Positions 40,653-52,999 of a DNA stretch of 64,000 nt are shown piece after piece (position 1 is the first letter of the stretch; every line of letters begins with the position of its first letter). The notes under the pieces are model-generated. The model saw only the letters and a list, made by a program, of their open reading frames with translations, searched no databases and was not told the origin of the DNA. Origin of the DNA: Octopus bimaculoides (Eukaryota); contig NC_068982.1 in assembly GCF_001194135.2 (NCBI RefSeq), positions 32,799,449-32,863,448 of the forward strand, in the 5' to 3' direction. The position numbers were made by a program, and so were the translations under genes.

Positions 40653-42191
40653 TCACAAACTCAGCTTTACAATATGTACTGATATATATATAAACTGCTT
40701 ACCTAATTAAAAACTTTGCCTAACTTACGATCGTCGAATCTCCCTATTTGGATCTGGAACGGTCATTGCAAAAATGGCCGCGGAAAACATGAGATCTACG
40801 CGGTTTGCTTTCGGGAGAGTAAATTTTAAAAACTGATCATGATAATAGTATTGTTTTGCATTTTTTTTTTTGGCTTTTTGTTTTTGTTTTTGTTTTTTTT
40901 TCCCCTTTGCTATACCTTCCCCTTACAATAAATTGATAATTGGTTTTATTTACTCTCTCCTGAATGTCATAATTCGTAGAGTTCACTTTCTCCACGGGTA
41001 TTTTTGCCATATTGGCACACATGTACCTGCTTCACACCACCCACCACTTTTCAGCCAAGTGTCATCATTCTTTTTCAGCCAAATCCAATGACTGGGCTCT
41101 CTGTTGCCCGATATAAATTATTATGTTTATATCTGTTACGATCGTCACTTTAAAACTTTCTAAATACTGTAACTATACATGATATTCTGCTCATAAGAAG
41201 AAAGCCTTTTTCTGATGATTTGTTGCTACAGAACTGCGTTGCTTCCTTGTTTATTGGTTAAGCAATACTTTCCAGAGCGCACGTTTCAACGATCACGATG
41301 CCGTTTGTTTTGTATATATAAACGTTTTCAATGAATGCACTGCACCGAAAGTTAGTTGCTCTCAGCAGTATATGAGGCAACATTCAAAGGTTGTTTGATA
41401 GCTCGTAACCCCACCACTCTATCTCTATCTCTCTATCTCTATTTCTCTCTATCTCTCTCTCACTCACTCTCTCTTGCAATTTTTCTCTCTTTCTCCCCCT
41501 CTCTCTCTCAACGATCTTGTTTTTTTCTATAATTGTTGTTTAATATATCTATGATAATTAATAGTTTCTGGCCTTAAGTTTATGGCTCAGATCTCATCAA
41601 GCATTCATCGATCAACTGAAATACTGCATAAGGTGCAGGTGTAGCTGTGTGGTGAGAAGTTTGCTTCCCAACCACATGGCACCTTGGGCAAGTGTCTTCT
41701 ACTGTAGCAACGTAGTTCTCCGCCGAAACAATTGTAGTGATTAAAAAATAACTGTACAACCGTACTCCTTCTTGTTAACTCCAATTTCTTCAATTTTATA
41801 TTCACACACGACGAATGCCCAAACTTAAACTTGGAAGTATATAATAATACAACCGGATAGAACTGAGCAATACTGAAGGTGGATGAACTTTATACTGTAC
41901 TCTACCACGTTCCTAATGGAATATATCATAACTATATGTGTGTGTATGTGTGTGTATGTGTGTGTATCTGTGTGCGTTTATGTGTGCGCATTTATGTGTG
42001 TGCTTATGTGTGTGGTCTGTGTTTATCCCCCCGCCATTGCTTGACAACTGATGGTGGTGTATTTATGTCCCTATAACTTAGCGAATTGACAAAAGAAATC
42101 GATAGAATAAGTACTAGGCTTACAAAGTATAAATCGTGGTGTCAATATCTTCGACTAAAAATGACTGAAACAAAGGAATAACAGAACATGC

Positions 42192-42622
42192 GCAGGATTG
42201 GCTGTGTGGTAAGTAGCTTGCTTACCAACCACATGGTTCTGGGTTCAGTCCCACTGCGTGACACCTTGTCTTCTACTATAGCCTCGGGCTGATCAAAGCC
42301 TTGTGAGTGGATTTGGTAGACGGAAACTGAAAGAGGCCCGTCGTATATATATATATATATATATATATATATNNNNNNNNNNNNNNNNNNNNNNNNNNNN
42401 NNNNNNTGTGTGTGTTTGTGTGTTTGTGCTTGTCCCCCTAGCATTGCTTGACAACCGATGCTGGTGTGTTTATGTCCCCGTCACTTAGCGTTTCGTCAAA
42501 AAGTGACCGATAGAATAAGTACTAGGCTTCCCAAGAATAAGTCCTGGGGTCGATTTCCTCGACTAAAGGCGGTGCTCCAGCATGGCCAGAGTCAAATGAC
42601 TGAAACAAGTAAAAGAGTAAAA
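42192..42622 (+). mobile_element. tRNA-derived SINE family A, near full length
   Basis: A-box-like TGGCTGTGTGG, B-box-like GGTTCAGTCCC, internal microsatellite and N gap, 3' tail ...GACTGAAACAAGTAAAAGAGTAAAAG. Homologous to many other copies in the window. Confidence 0.85.
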
Positions 42623-43874
42623 GTGTATATATGAATTTTGTCGTGGCCGAAGATCATGAGGAAACGCGACTCGTCCTTAAGTTGCTACGTAAACCGATCC
42701 TTCACGCGGCAGGGCTTTTCTTCCTGACTGCGCTTAGTGGTTTTAAATTGAGTGTCAGTCTGCACAATCTGATCCTACTCTTTAGATTTGCAAGTCTGAA
42801 TACGGTAGATCAGTGGACTAAGATGGCTGACCAGCAAGATATAGGTTTTACATTGGAGTGACCTTCTTTTCGGCGAATTGCCTTATAGGGCTGGCGAGCT
42901 CGACCAACCGTGCAGTTGTAGGAAAGGTGTCAAAGTGGGTACTGGACCTCCTGAAAAACTCCACTATTTGATTTACTTTGAAGTTGACACCCCTAACATC
43001 TTCCTTTCTCAAGGAACTCGCAAAGCAGTGGATTTGTCCTCGAATACTGACAGAGTGGTCACGTAGTAATGGACCACTGATTTATCTTATGCAGAAGAGA
43101 CCAGGAACCTTGTTTTTGATTTTAGTATTATATTTTTTCACTACGTGTTCTTATTATAGATGCCATTATTGGATATATTTCTGTGCATTGCAAGGATCTT
43201 GTAGCATCTATAGTCCGATATCGTAAAAATAGTCACAGTATTGATAGATATCACGTTAGAATGGCTTATATATTTTCCTCGTTATAAAATCAGATAGAGA
43301 TCATTGCATCCAGCAAATTTTTTCCTTATATTCTCGAAGTATCATGTGACACGACGAGGCTATTCTCATCATTCATATTTTTGACATAAACTTTCAGAAA
43401 ATCCAGAGATTTTAGTATGCCGGTCAAAATGCTGAACGGCATGTATCAAGTAGGTATTTCTTCTGAACCAAGCACATAACCTTCATTTATTGCCACCTTG
43501 AAATGTATCGCTACGACTGTTCATTTGATCATAGACAAATAAGTCCGTTAACTTAGTTTGAAGTCATCTTACTCTGGTTTCTCGCTGAATATTTATCCCT
43601 CTATACAAAGTGTGTTATGCTTGCAGAAGTGTAAGTCGCTATAATCGAATAATGTTCAGATGTCACATTAATGACACAACTATCATTAACATCTGACAAC
43701 ATGAAGCAGTCATATATTCTTATAAGTATATCTATCTTAATATATGTACTGTTGTATGTATGTACGTACGTAACTGTTTTTATATACGTATGTATATGTG
43801 TGTGTGTGTGTATGTGTGTGCGTATGCGTATGTATATACATATAGTCAGATAGATATAGATATATGCATAAATA

Positions 43875-43922
<48 letters not shown>

Positions 43923-44547
43923 CACACATTTACATATATAGCGAGAGAATGGGGGAGAGACAAAAAGAGAACGAGATATACATACATAGGCAGACAGACA
44001 GGTGCGTGTGTGTCTTTATGTATGTATGTATGTATGTATGAGTGTAAGCATGTATGTAGTCATACATGCAAGTGTAAATAGTTTTGTATGCAGAAAACAT
44101 TGGTTGCAGACTTAGTTCTTTTTCTTTGCTTTTTTTTTTGTCAGAATTTACGACATGCAGCAAATATTCTTTGTATACAAATGTCAACTTGAATTACCAA
44201 CTTCCATATTTAAAAATAGTTTTGTATAGCTTTACTAGTGCAGCATTTTTTTCATATATATATTCATGTATATATTTTATGTTTTTTTTCTTTTTGCTAA
44301 AATCCTTACCAATGTTGATTTTTCAAGTAAACAATTATAATTATATTGATATTAATAACAAACATAAAAACAGCAATCTATCCTAATGGTAAAAAGAATG
44401 CTATGCATAGTTTCAGATGTCATTTCTATAAGCATAATTCGAAGTAAACCAGGTACATAAAAGATTGCTGTTCCTCAGGTATATAACACATGCAAATAAA
44501 GTTCTTCAGATGCTGTTCTAAATTTACTACATAATTTCCTAATCTTG

Positions 44548-45290
44548 AAGGCAGCGAGCTGCAAAATTGTTAGTATGCCGGACAAAATGTTGAACACCAT
44601 TTTGTTGGTCTTTACGTTCTGAGTTCAAATTTTGCAGCAGTGGACTTTGCCTTTTATCATTTCGGAGTCGATAAATTAAATGCCTGTTGCGTACTGGGGT
44701 CGATCTAATTGACTAGACCCCTCCCCCAAAATTTCGGGCCTTGTGCCTAGAGTAGAAAAGAATATAACATACAAGAAGGCGACGAGCTGGCAGAAACGTT
44801 AGCACGCCGGGCGAAATGCTTAGCGGTATTTCGTCTGCCGTTACGTTCTGAGTTCAAATTCCGCCGAGGTCGACTTTGCCTTTCATCCTTCCGGGGGTCG
44901 ATAAATTAAGTACCAGTTACGCACTGGAGTCGATGTAATCGACTTAATCTCTTTGTCTGTCCTTATTTGTCCCCTCTCTGTTTGGCCCCTTGTGGGCAAT
45001 AAAGAAATAAGAAACGTTAGCACGCCGGGCGAAATGCTTAGCGGTATTTCGTCGTTTTTTGTGTTCTGAGCTCAAATTCCGCTCTGGGGTCGATGCAATC
45101 AAATTCCCCTCCCTTGAAAATTGTTGGACTTGTACCAAAAATTTAAAAGAATTTGAGTTCAAATTCCACCAATGTCGACTTTTATCCTTTTGGGCTCAAT
45201 AAAAGAATTATTAGTTGAACACTGTGGTCTATATAATTGACTTGCTCCCTTCATTTAAAATTTCAGACCTTGTGCCTATCGTAGGAAGAA
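44548..45290 (+). mobile_element. Four head-to-tail copies of tRNA-derived SINE family B (44548-44762, 44776-45008, 45011-45145, about 45155-45290)
   Basis: Repeated AAGGCG.CGAGCTGGCAGAAACGTTAGCACGCCGGGCGAAATGCTTAGCGG...GAGTTCAAATTCC (B box)...GTCGACTTTGCCTTTCATCC. Confidence 0.85.
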
Positions 45291-45709
45291 TTATTTCATG
45301 TTTTAAAATTCAAATATTTTCCCAAATTACTTTTCTGTACTCCTCTACTTTGTACATATTACAATTACAGAAGGACGATCGTGATTTTATTATTTCTGAT
45401 TTCTTTGATATAATATTTTATTGTTTATGTGTGTGTGTGTCTGTGTATATGTCTCTACTTATCTATCTGTTAATTCATCGAAGTATACATACACAAGCAT
45501 CTCAAAAGGAAATAGCCACAATAATTTTTGGAACATATATCTCTAGAAAAAAATATCACTCGAAGCATTTAAATATTTAATCTAGTATTTAGTAGACATA
45601 CCCGAACCCGTTTGGGTATCGTATTAACGAGTCGTGTCCCCGCAGAGGAAACTTTGTAAAAGGGTGTCTTTTTATTTTGGAGATGTCTGTGCGTATGTTT
45701 GGTAGTGTA

Positions 45710-45930
45710 TACGAGTGGGTACTGAAAAGTTCTTGGCTTTAAGGGTGTCGCGAAAGGCCTGGCTGGAGGTCCAAACTTCTGAGTTCTTTTACAGGGCTTA
45801 GAAAAACCGAAGGACCGCTGCAATAAGTGTGTGAGTCTGAGGGGAGAATATGTTGAATAAAATCATAATAAACTGATTCTCCGGTATTTTCTTTTACCCA
45901 AAGCCAGGAACATCCCTGCACCAATGCGTA
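45710..45930 (+). mobile_element. Mariner-derived MITE retaining the transposase C-terminus
   Basis: TA-flanked imperfect TIRs (TACGAG..CTGAAAAGTTCTTGGCTTT / AAAGCCAGGAAC..CGTA). 45792-45860 encodes QGLEKPKDRCNKCVSLRGEYVE*, the typical mariner transposase end. Confidence 0.8.
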
Positions 45931-46640
45931 TGTATATATGCATACTTCCATGTGTGTATGTAGCACTTATGTTGTTCTATAGATTGTAACTTTTAGAACT
46001 TATCATTTCAACGTCCATCTTCAACGAATCATTCCTAGTTTCTTGATAACTTTTACCTTCCCTTTCCCTCACTTCTTTATCATCTCTTCATAATGTCCCG
46101 TTACCCGTTGACATCCTACCTAGATCTATTCTGCCGATTTAGCTCCCTCCCATTCCTAAGTCTTCCGCTCTATCTTTTGTATCTTTTGTTTTTTCTCACA
46201 TGTTGAAACATATTTATGTAACACTATCAGAAAACATGAAATCTTTTCCGATAGTGTTACATAAATATGTTACAGGGCAGGGAAATAGAACCCTGTCTGA
46301 ACCGTTAGGATTCCTGCCTCTTTCACGGCATACAGATTTATTCGTTTCGCAATCAGCAGAGGAAGCATCTACGCAACATGCTAGAAATAGCAGCCCAAAT
46401 CTCTCAACTTCCACTTTTACCGTCTTAATAAAGAAATGAAAATAGATGAAAGACACATTAGAAAACATCTATGATATACGAAATCACAGCCAGAAAGACA
46501 GCATATAGTTCTTTTTAATCAGACTAAACTCAGAGTTAAAAAATAACTTGCTGTGCAAACTTCACTATGGCTTTTAACTGACACAGTCTACCAGTAGTTT
46601 TTCCTGGCTCTGTTTTTATTTCTATTGTCTTAGAGAAGCA

Positions 46641-46860
46641 TACGATGGGGAGCTGAAAAGTTCCTAGCTTTTGGTAAAAGAAAATACAGGAGAATCAGTT
46701 AACTATGATTTTATTCAACATATTCTACTCTCCGATTCACACACTATTGCAGCGGTCCAACAGTTTTTCTAAACCCTGTAAAAGAACTCAAAAGGTTTGG
46801 TCTCTATTCAGGCCTTCCGCGACACCCTTAAAGTCAGAAACTTTTCAGCAACCCCTCGTA
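46641..46860 (-). mobile_element. Second copy of the same mariner-derived MITE, inverted
   Basis: TACGATGGGGAGCTGAAAAGTTCC...AACTTTTCAGCAACCCCTCGTA. The internal sequence is a diverged reverse complement of 45710-45930. Confidence 0.8.
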
Positions 46861-47220
46861 CTCTTAGAAATAAAACAGAAAGTTAAAATACTTATGTCTT
46901 TTAGATATATTTCTTTTCTATTAGCCGAGGTCCTCAGAAATACTACTATGCATTATAGAAAAATTAAGAACTTTGTATTACAAACAATGAATTAAGGTTT
47001 CTGTATATTATCATGGAATAGTCTTGTCCACTTGTTGGCATTCCAAAGACTCGCGACAAAAGGAAACATTCTTGATTTTGCCGTGTGTTGCTTCGATTAA
47101 GAGACACTCAGGGTTCCCGACTCTTGAAGTACGAACATAAAATTGAACGTGTTAAAACGCAGGGTGAATCAGTTTCAACCAAGCAGATTTTGATGATAGT
47201 CTTTCAGATTTATTAATCAT

Positions 47221-47625
47221 GGCGCAAATATGGCTGCGTGGTTAAGAAGCTTGTTTTGCAACAACGGGATTTCGGGTTCAGTCTCATTATGAGGAACCTT
47301 CGGTAAGTATCTTCCGCTATATTCCCTTACCATCCAATGCCTTGTAAGTGAACTTGGTAGACGGAAGCTATGTAGAAGCCCGTCGAATACATGCATGCAT
47401 GTGTGTGAGTGTGCATCTTTATGTTTGTGCTAGTCCTCCATCACTGCTTGGCAACCGCTGTTTGTTTGTTTACGGTCTCGTAAGCTAGCGTTCGGCATAG
47501 GAAAATATGTTAGAATAAGTACTGGACTTAAAATTAAGCATTGGAGACCATATTCGACTAAACACTCTAAGATGGGTCTATAACATGACTATAGTTCAAT
47601 GATTGAAATAAATAAAATATAAAAG
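47221..47625 (+). mobile_element. SINE family A (diverged)
   Basis: Head TGGCTGCGTGGTTAAG..GGTTCAGTC plus shared body and tail. Confidence 0.7.
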
Positions 47626-47710
47626 ATGATGAAACAGTCTCTGACAAAAAATGTGAAGCCTCTGAAATTCAAATGACTAAATAGCTGGCTTTAGTGGTAT
47701 TCTAGTAATG

Positions 47711-47945
47711 GGGAATACGCGTGGCTTAACGGTTAGGGTATTCGACTCACGTTAGGTCATGAGTTCGATTCCCAGCAGCGTGTTATGCCTCTTGAGCAAG
47801 ACACTTTATTTCACATTACACCAGTCCACTTAGCTGGTAAAAATGAGTAGTACCTGTAATTCAAAGGGCCAGCCTTGTCAAATTCTGTGCTACGCTGAGT
47901 CTCCTTGAGAACTACGTTAAGAGTGTGAATGTTTGTAGAATACTC
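47711..47945 (+). mobile_element. tRNA-derived SINE family C
   Basis: A-box-like GTGGCTTAACGG, B box GAGTTCGATTCC, then CTTGAGCAAGACACTT and CCAGTCCACTTAGCTGG motifs typical of SINE cores. Confidence 0.65.
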
Positions 47946-48330
47946 AGTCACTTTCATCTTAACAGAATATGCCACTCGGTCCGAGAATCGAACCAACGAT
48001 CACGCGATCGAAAGTGCGAGATCCTAACTACTAGGCCACGATCCCACACCCGCTCATAATGATAGGACACATTTTAAACGCAAGTAACGGAGACTGGAAC
48101 AAGTAGATTTGTTAAGCAAACTTATTAACCAATTACGCAATAAAATGGATCACATCATTGTGACCCTGTATATATTATGACCCTGCTTAGCTATAGCCAT
48201 GCAAATACCCATTTGTTACTTATACTTTAAAGAATTAGTAACATCCGGCAGTGAAGAGGCGGGAGTTGACTGACTCTAATATGTCTGGAATTGTCCGGAC
48301 TCTCATATAAATCAGCAGATACACAAAGTA

Positions 48331-48762
48331 ATATTGGTTTCAATTCTTAGCACAAAGCCAGCAATTTCAGTGTAGAGTTAAGCCGATTACATCGACCCCA
48401 GTCCTCGACTAGTGCTTATTTTTCGACTCTGAAGGGATGAAAGGCCAAGTTGACCTGGTTGGAATTTGAATTCAGAACGTAAAGTCGGACGAAATGCCGC
48501 TAAGCATTTTACCCAACATGCTAACGATTCAGGCAACTCGTCGCTCTAGTACAGAATGTAATATTCCTTTCTACTGTAGGCTCAAGGCCTGAAATTTTCG
48601 GAGAGGTCGTTAAGTTGATTACAACGACCCCAATGGTTGACTGGTACTTAGTTTATCGACCCCGAAAGGCAAAGTCGGTCTCGGAGAAATTTGAGCTCAG
48701 AATGTAAAGACGGGCGAAATGCTGCTAAGCATTTTGCCCGTTGTGCTAACGATTCTGCCAAC
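48331..48762 (-). mobile_element. Two tandem SINE family B copies
   Basis: Reverse-complement homology to 44776-45008. Confidence 0.75.
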
Positions 48763-49909
48763 TGACATGACTGTGGGACTAAGCAGCTAGGACAGAAGGT
48801 AAAATTATTTAATGAATGAATAAAGTGCAGAATTTAAGTATTCATTCTCATTAGCCTACAGCTGTTTTCTAGAGTTGAGTACCAGTGCGGCGAATTATAG
48901 CTTTCTCAGAGCTATTTCATACACGGTAACTATTTTCGATAACAGTTTCCAACCGTGAGAAGTAAAATAGATAGCTATATATTCTATAGGCTCCGTGATA
49001 ACAGTCTATTTGACTTGAAATATGTGTTACAAGACATACTGTCAACAATATCTGTTCAGAAGACTCAAAATTTACGTTGAAGTGCTAACTAGTGACTTTT
49101 CAGCAAAAACGGCCACACCTTCTATCTCTAGTTCTTACATCACATCAAAACATCCCATCTTTTTCAGTAATCATCATGTTGTTAAACAGTACTTATTTCG
49201 GTATGTTTATCCCCAAACTTTTCGTCTCTTTTTCTATTTGAATAATGTTTTGGCTGTATAATTTAGGGAAACAGTTCATCAAAAATATTCAATTACTTAA
49301 AGTAATATCTTTTTTCTCGGGAGTTCCCTTCTACTCAGATTTCATTACACTTTCCCATTAGTCTTCAATGTCAAAACAGACTCCTTAGGTGTAGCCATTT
49401 TAATAAGAACTTTCTAAATATATGACTCTGCTAAGTTGCATGCATCGTGTAATTACTTAGTACAGAAAGATGTACTTTCTCTAGTCTAGGATATTGAGAA
49501 TGGGTGTTTTCGAAAGAGATTAAAAAGCGTTTTAACCCCACCCAACTAAAATGCAGATGATTATTTTAAAAGAAGAAACCAACGAGGGAATCTCTACTTG
49601 GGCACTCAGACGTCTAAAAATAGCAATCAAACTTCGTGGCAATATACTTCCCTTAAATTATATTCTGTCATCTTTAAAGAAATTTAAGGACTCGTAAGGA
49701 TAGAATGTATTGCTTAGGTAGATAAAGGGCCTGAACAAAAAATATAATAATCCTTTCTATTTGTAAACACAACGCCTAATTTTTTTTTCTTTTGCAGACG
49801 CTACAATCGACTTCAATATTCAACTGGTACTTATTTTATCAACACCGAAAGAATAAATCTAGAAGAAATGCTGTCAAGCATTTCGTCCGGCATGCTAATG
49901 ATTCTGCCG

Positions 49910-50787
49910 TTTTTCCACTTTAGTCAGCTCCAACTTGTATCCGAGCATTGGGTTCGACAGCTTCCATCCAGTCTCCTCGGCTGTTGTTTGTGCCGAAAGT
50001 GTCTCTGGAGTCCAAGTCGGTGGTGAAAGAGAGGTGGGCAGAACTCGCACGGGATGGTCGGTGTAGGACGAGGNNNNNNNNNNCTCGGCTGTTGTTTGTG
50101 CCGAAAGTGTCTCTGGAGTCCAAGTCGGTGGTGAAAGAGAGGTGGGCAGAACTCGCACGGGATGGTCGGTGTAGGACGAGGATGTTGAAGACGCTCCTTT
50201 CTTCTTTTGCCTTTTACCTCCTCATTCTGTTGTCTGTTCTGCTCGAAGGAGCTGGCTCCATTGCAGATAGCAGTCCTCCAGGCTGTCCTATCCATGGCAA
50301 TCTGTTCCCATTAGGATGGCTGGATGTTAGCTTGAACCAAGGTCCGTTTGAGCTGGTTTTAAAACGGAATTTCGGACCTACTCTGGGCCTTGTTCCGATT
50401 GCAAGTTCTCCGCAGAGCATGATCATTGGGAGACGGGAGGGCTCCATACACTGGACGTGACCTGTCCAGCGGAGACGATGGTGGCTTTGACATTTGGCAG
50501 TGAGGCACGACGAAGAACCTCATTGTTGGTAACGTGATCTTCTCATTGTATGTTGAGGATCTGCCGTAGCTTCGATTGCTGGAAGCATTCAAGGCGCTTG
50601 AAGTAACGGCGGTAAAACGTCCAAGTCTTACAAGCGTAGAGTAGAGTTGACAGGACAATGGCACGGAAGACCATGATCTTTGTCCAGACGCTCAGCGCGT
50701 GAAGAATACATTTTGGCTAAGTCTGCCGAAGGCAGAGTGGGCCGCACTAATCCGGTTCTCCACGTCCTTGTCGTGGTGGAAGAGCTT
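49910..50787 (-). mobile_element. 5'-truncated RTE-clade LINE, ORF2 3' portion
   Basis: Minus strand reads DKDVENRISAAHSAFGRLSQNVF / ALSVWTKIMVFRAIVLSTLLYACKTW...LRQILNIQ*EDHVTNNEVLRRA, then SRLPMIMLCGELAIGTRPR, and DRTAWR...C-terminal CEFC..HHRLGLQRHFRH. Stops and frameshifts are present. Confidence 0.9.
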
Positions 50788-50839
<52 letters not shown>

Positions 50840-50904
50840 AACAACTACTACTACTACTACTACTACCACTACCACCACCACCACTACTACTACTACTACT
50901 ACTG

Positions 50905-50940
<36 letters not shown>

Positions 50941-50964
50941 ATAATAATAATAATAATAATAATG

Positions 50965-51019
<55 letters not shown>

Positions 51020-51065
51020 CAAAAAAGGAAGAACAACAACAACAACACCAACAACTACATGACAA
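50788..51065. repeat. Compound trinucleotide microsatellite (CTA)n-(CCA)n-(CTA)n-(ATA)n-(ACA)n
   Basis: Read directly from the sequence. It abuts the 5' truncation point of the RTE LINE. Confidence 0.95.
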
Positions 51066-51158
51066 TGATTAAAGTTGGATCATCTTTGATCATAGAACAG
51101 CTTGATCAGGATTGATGTGGAGACTAAGCAAACAGGATGTCTAAGATAAGCTGAGGTC

Positions 51159-51209
<51 letters not shown>

Positions 51210-51292
51210 TATATNNNNNNNNNNTATATATATATATATATAAACAATATATGAGTATATGCATATATATGTACATGTATGTATATACGTTC

Positions 51293-51567
51293 ATAATTGT
51301 TAAAGAGGACAGCAAACATTAAGACAAGGCAAACATCTCAAGTCATATACCTTATTATTATTGGAAAAGAATTCAAAGTCTTACACCTGTTTCTGGGATA
51401 TCCCAGAGTATGGGATATTCCGTCATCAGAGACAAATTGAGAAAAATAGGGAAATCAGATATCCCAGAAACAGCTGTAAGACTTTGAATTCTTTTCCAAT
51501 AATAATAATGAATATAACTTCAGATGTTTACCTTGCTGTAACGTTTGTTGTCTTCTTTAACAATTAT
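51293..51567. mobile_element. Fold-back element with 110-bp inverted arms (51293-51402 / 51458-51567) carrying a hammerhead motif; Penelope-like pLTR derivative
   Basis: The inner 51 bp of the arms match at 50/51 and the outer 59 bp at 48/59. The right arm continues into sequence homologous to 56864-57116. Confidence 0.7.
51378..51433 (-). ncRNA. Type I (minimal-type) hammerhead ribozyme motif
   Basis: Minus strand reads GTCT - CTGATGA - CGGAATATCCCA TACTC TGGGATATCCCA (stem II hairpin) - GAAAC - AGGT - GTA - AGAC. Stem I is GTCT/AGAC and the core is canonical. Loop III is AGGT here versus palindromic AGCT in the sister copies, and 10.1/11.1 is a C.A mismatch. Confidence 0.7.
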
Positions 51568-51705
51568 ACATCAACTATGTAAGAAATGTGCAATGGCTCC
51601 ATAACTACCGTCTCGGCTACAACCTTGGAACCTTAGTAATCCTTTGCATCACTTACCTAACGTACCTATTCGTTTAGATCACCTGTGAACTAAACCCCAA
51701 TACTT

Positions 51706-51746
<41 letters not shown>

Positions 51747-51755
51747 ATAAACGTG

Positions 51756-51794
<39 letters not shown>

Positions 51795-52999
51795 ATATNN
51801 NNNNNNNNNNNNNNNNNNNNNNNNNNNNNNNNNNNNNNNNNNNNNNNNNNNNNNNNNNNNNNNNNNNNNNNNNNNNNNNNNNNNNNNNNNNNNNNNNNNN
51901 NNNNNNNNNNNNNNNNNNNNNNNNNNNNNNNNNNNNNNNNNNNNNNNNNNNNNNNNNNNNNNNNNNNNNNNNNNNNNNNNNNNNNNNNNNNNNNNNNNNN
52001 NNNNNNNNNNNNNNNNNNNNNNNNNNNNNNNNNNNNNNNNNNNNNNNNNNNNNNNNNNNNNNNNNNNNNNNNNNNNNNNNNNNNNNNNNNNNNNNNNNNN
52101 NNNNNNNNNNNNNNNNNNNNNNNNNNNNNNNNNNNNNNNNNNNNNNNNNNNNNNNNNNNNNNNNNNNNNNNNNNNNNNNNNNNNNNNNNNNNNNNNNNNN
52201 NNNNNNNNNNNNNNNNNNNNNNNNNNNNNNNNNNNNNNNNNNNNNNNNNNNNNNNNNNNNNNNNNNNNNNNNNNNNNNNNNNNNNNNNNNNNNNNNNNNN
52301 NNNNNNNNNNNNNNNNNNNNNNNNNNNNNNNNNNNNNNNNNNNNNNNNNNNNAGAGAGAGAGAGAGAGAGAGAGTAGTTTATTTTCCTAGACTTCAGTAT
52401 TGTGTTGATACACATTAGTACATATATTACCGAAAGCAATGAAGTAAGTTGTTAGGAACACTATATAAGTGAACTTCCCAGCAGGTTAAATAAGCTATTC
52501 GTGTCACTAAGTTGAATCAACTTCTCGATTAAGTTTCCAGCAGTGATGATATTTAGAAAAATTGCGAAAGTAAGAAACAATAATTTCATAGCATTTTTCT
52601 TTTTTATTGTTACTAGGTCAATTGATACTCACACGGAAAGCTCTTGAAGTTTTAATACAATAAAGCTATAATATGGATACAGATATTTAAAACATTTCAA
52701 ATAACAGGTGACTGGACCGGCAAGAAATAGCAAGTAAGTCGTTATCAAAGCATATCCTGCAGTCTTAACAAAAAAAAACCCCCAGAACACTTGGATACTG
52801 TAGTAATAGTTATCCAAAAAGAACGAGAGGCCAACGACTGGAAACACTTTTAATTATAGGTTTATTCACTGACCTAGGATTAAACAACAAAATATTAACC
52901 GTTGGAATCGAAAATCAAGTTAGATTTATGTAATAACATGATAAAGTTCAAACGTTACAGTGAAGTTTGTGGTTTTAATGAGGGGGATATACGTTTCTC

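Noticed and set aside
44548-45290. Regularly recurring motifs as a CRISPR-like array
   Set aside because: The units are whole or partial SINE copies of variable length with no unique spacers, in a eukaryotic context.
42192-47790. A-box/B-box sequences as tRNA genes
   Set aside because: They have no cloverleaf and are joined to multi-copy SINE bodies, so they are SINE heads.
49976-50181. Exact 98-bp tandem duplication (49976-50073 / 50084-50181) inside the RTE LINE
   Set aside because: Identical copies on either side of a 10-N gap are the typical signature of unmerged overlapping contig ends.
50628-51072. Poly-L/I/S/Y ORFs as a low-complexity protein
   Set aside because: These are translations of the trinucleotide microsatellite plus antisense LINE sequence.
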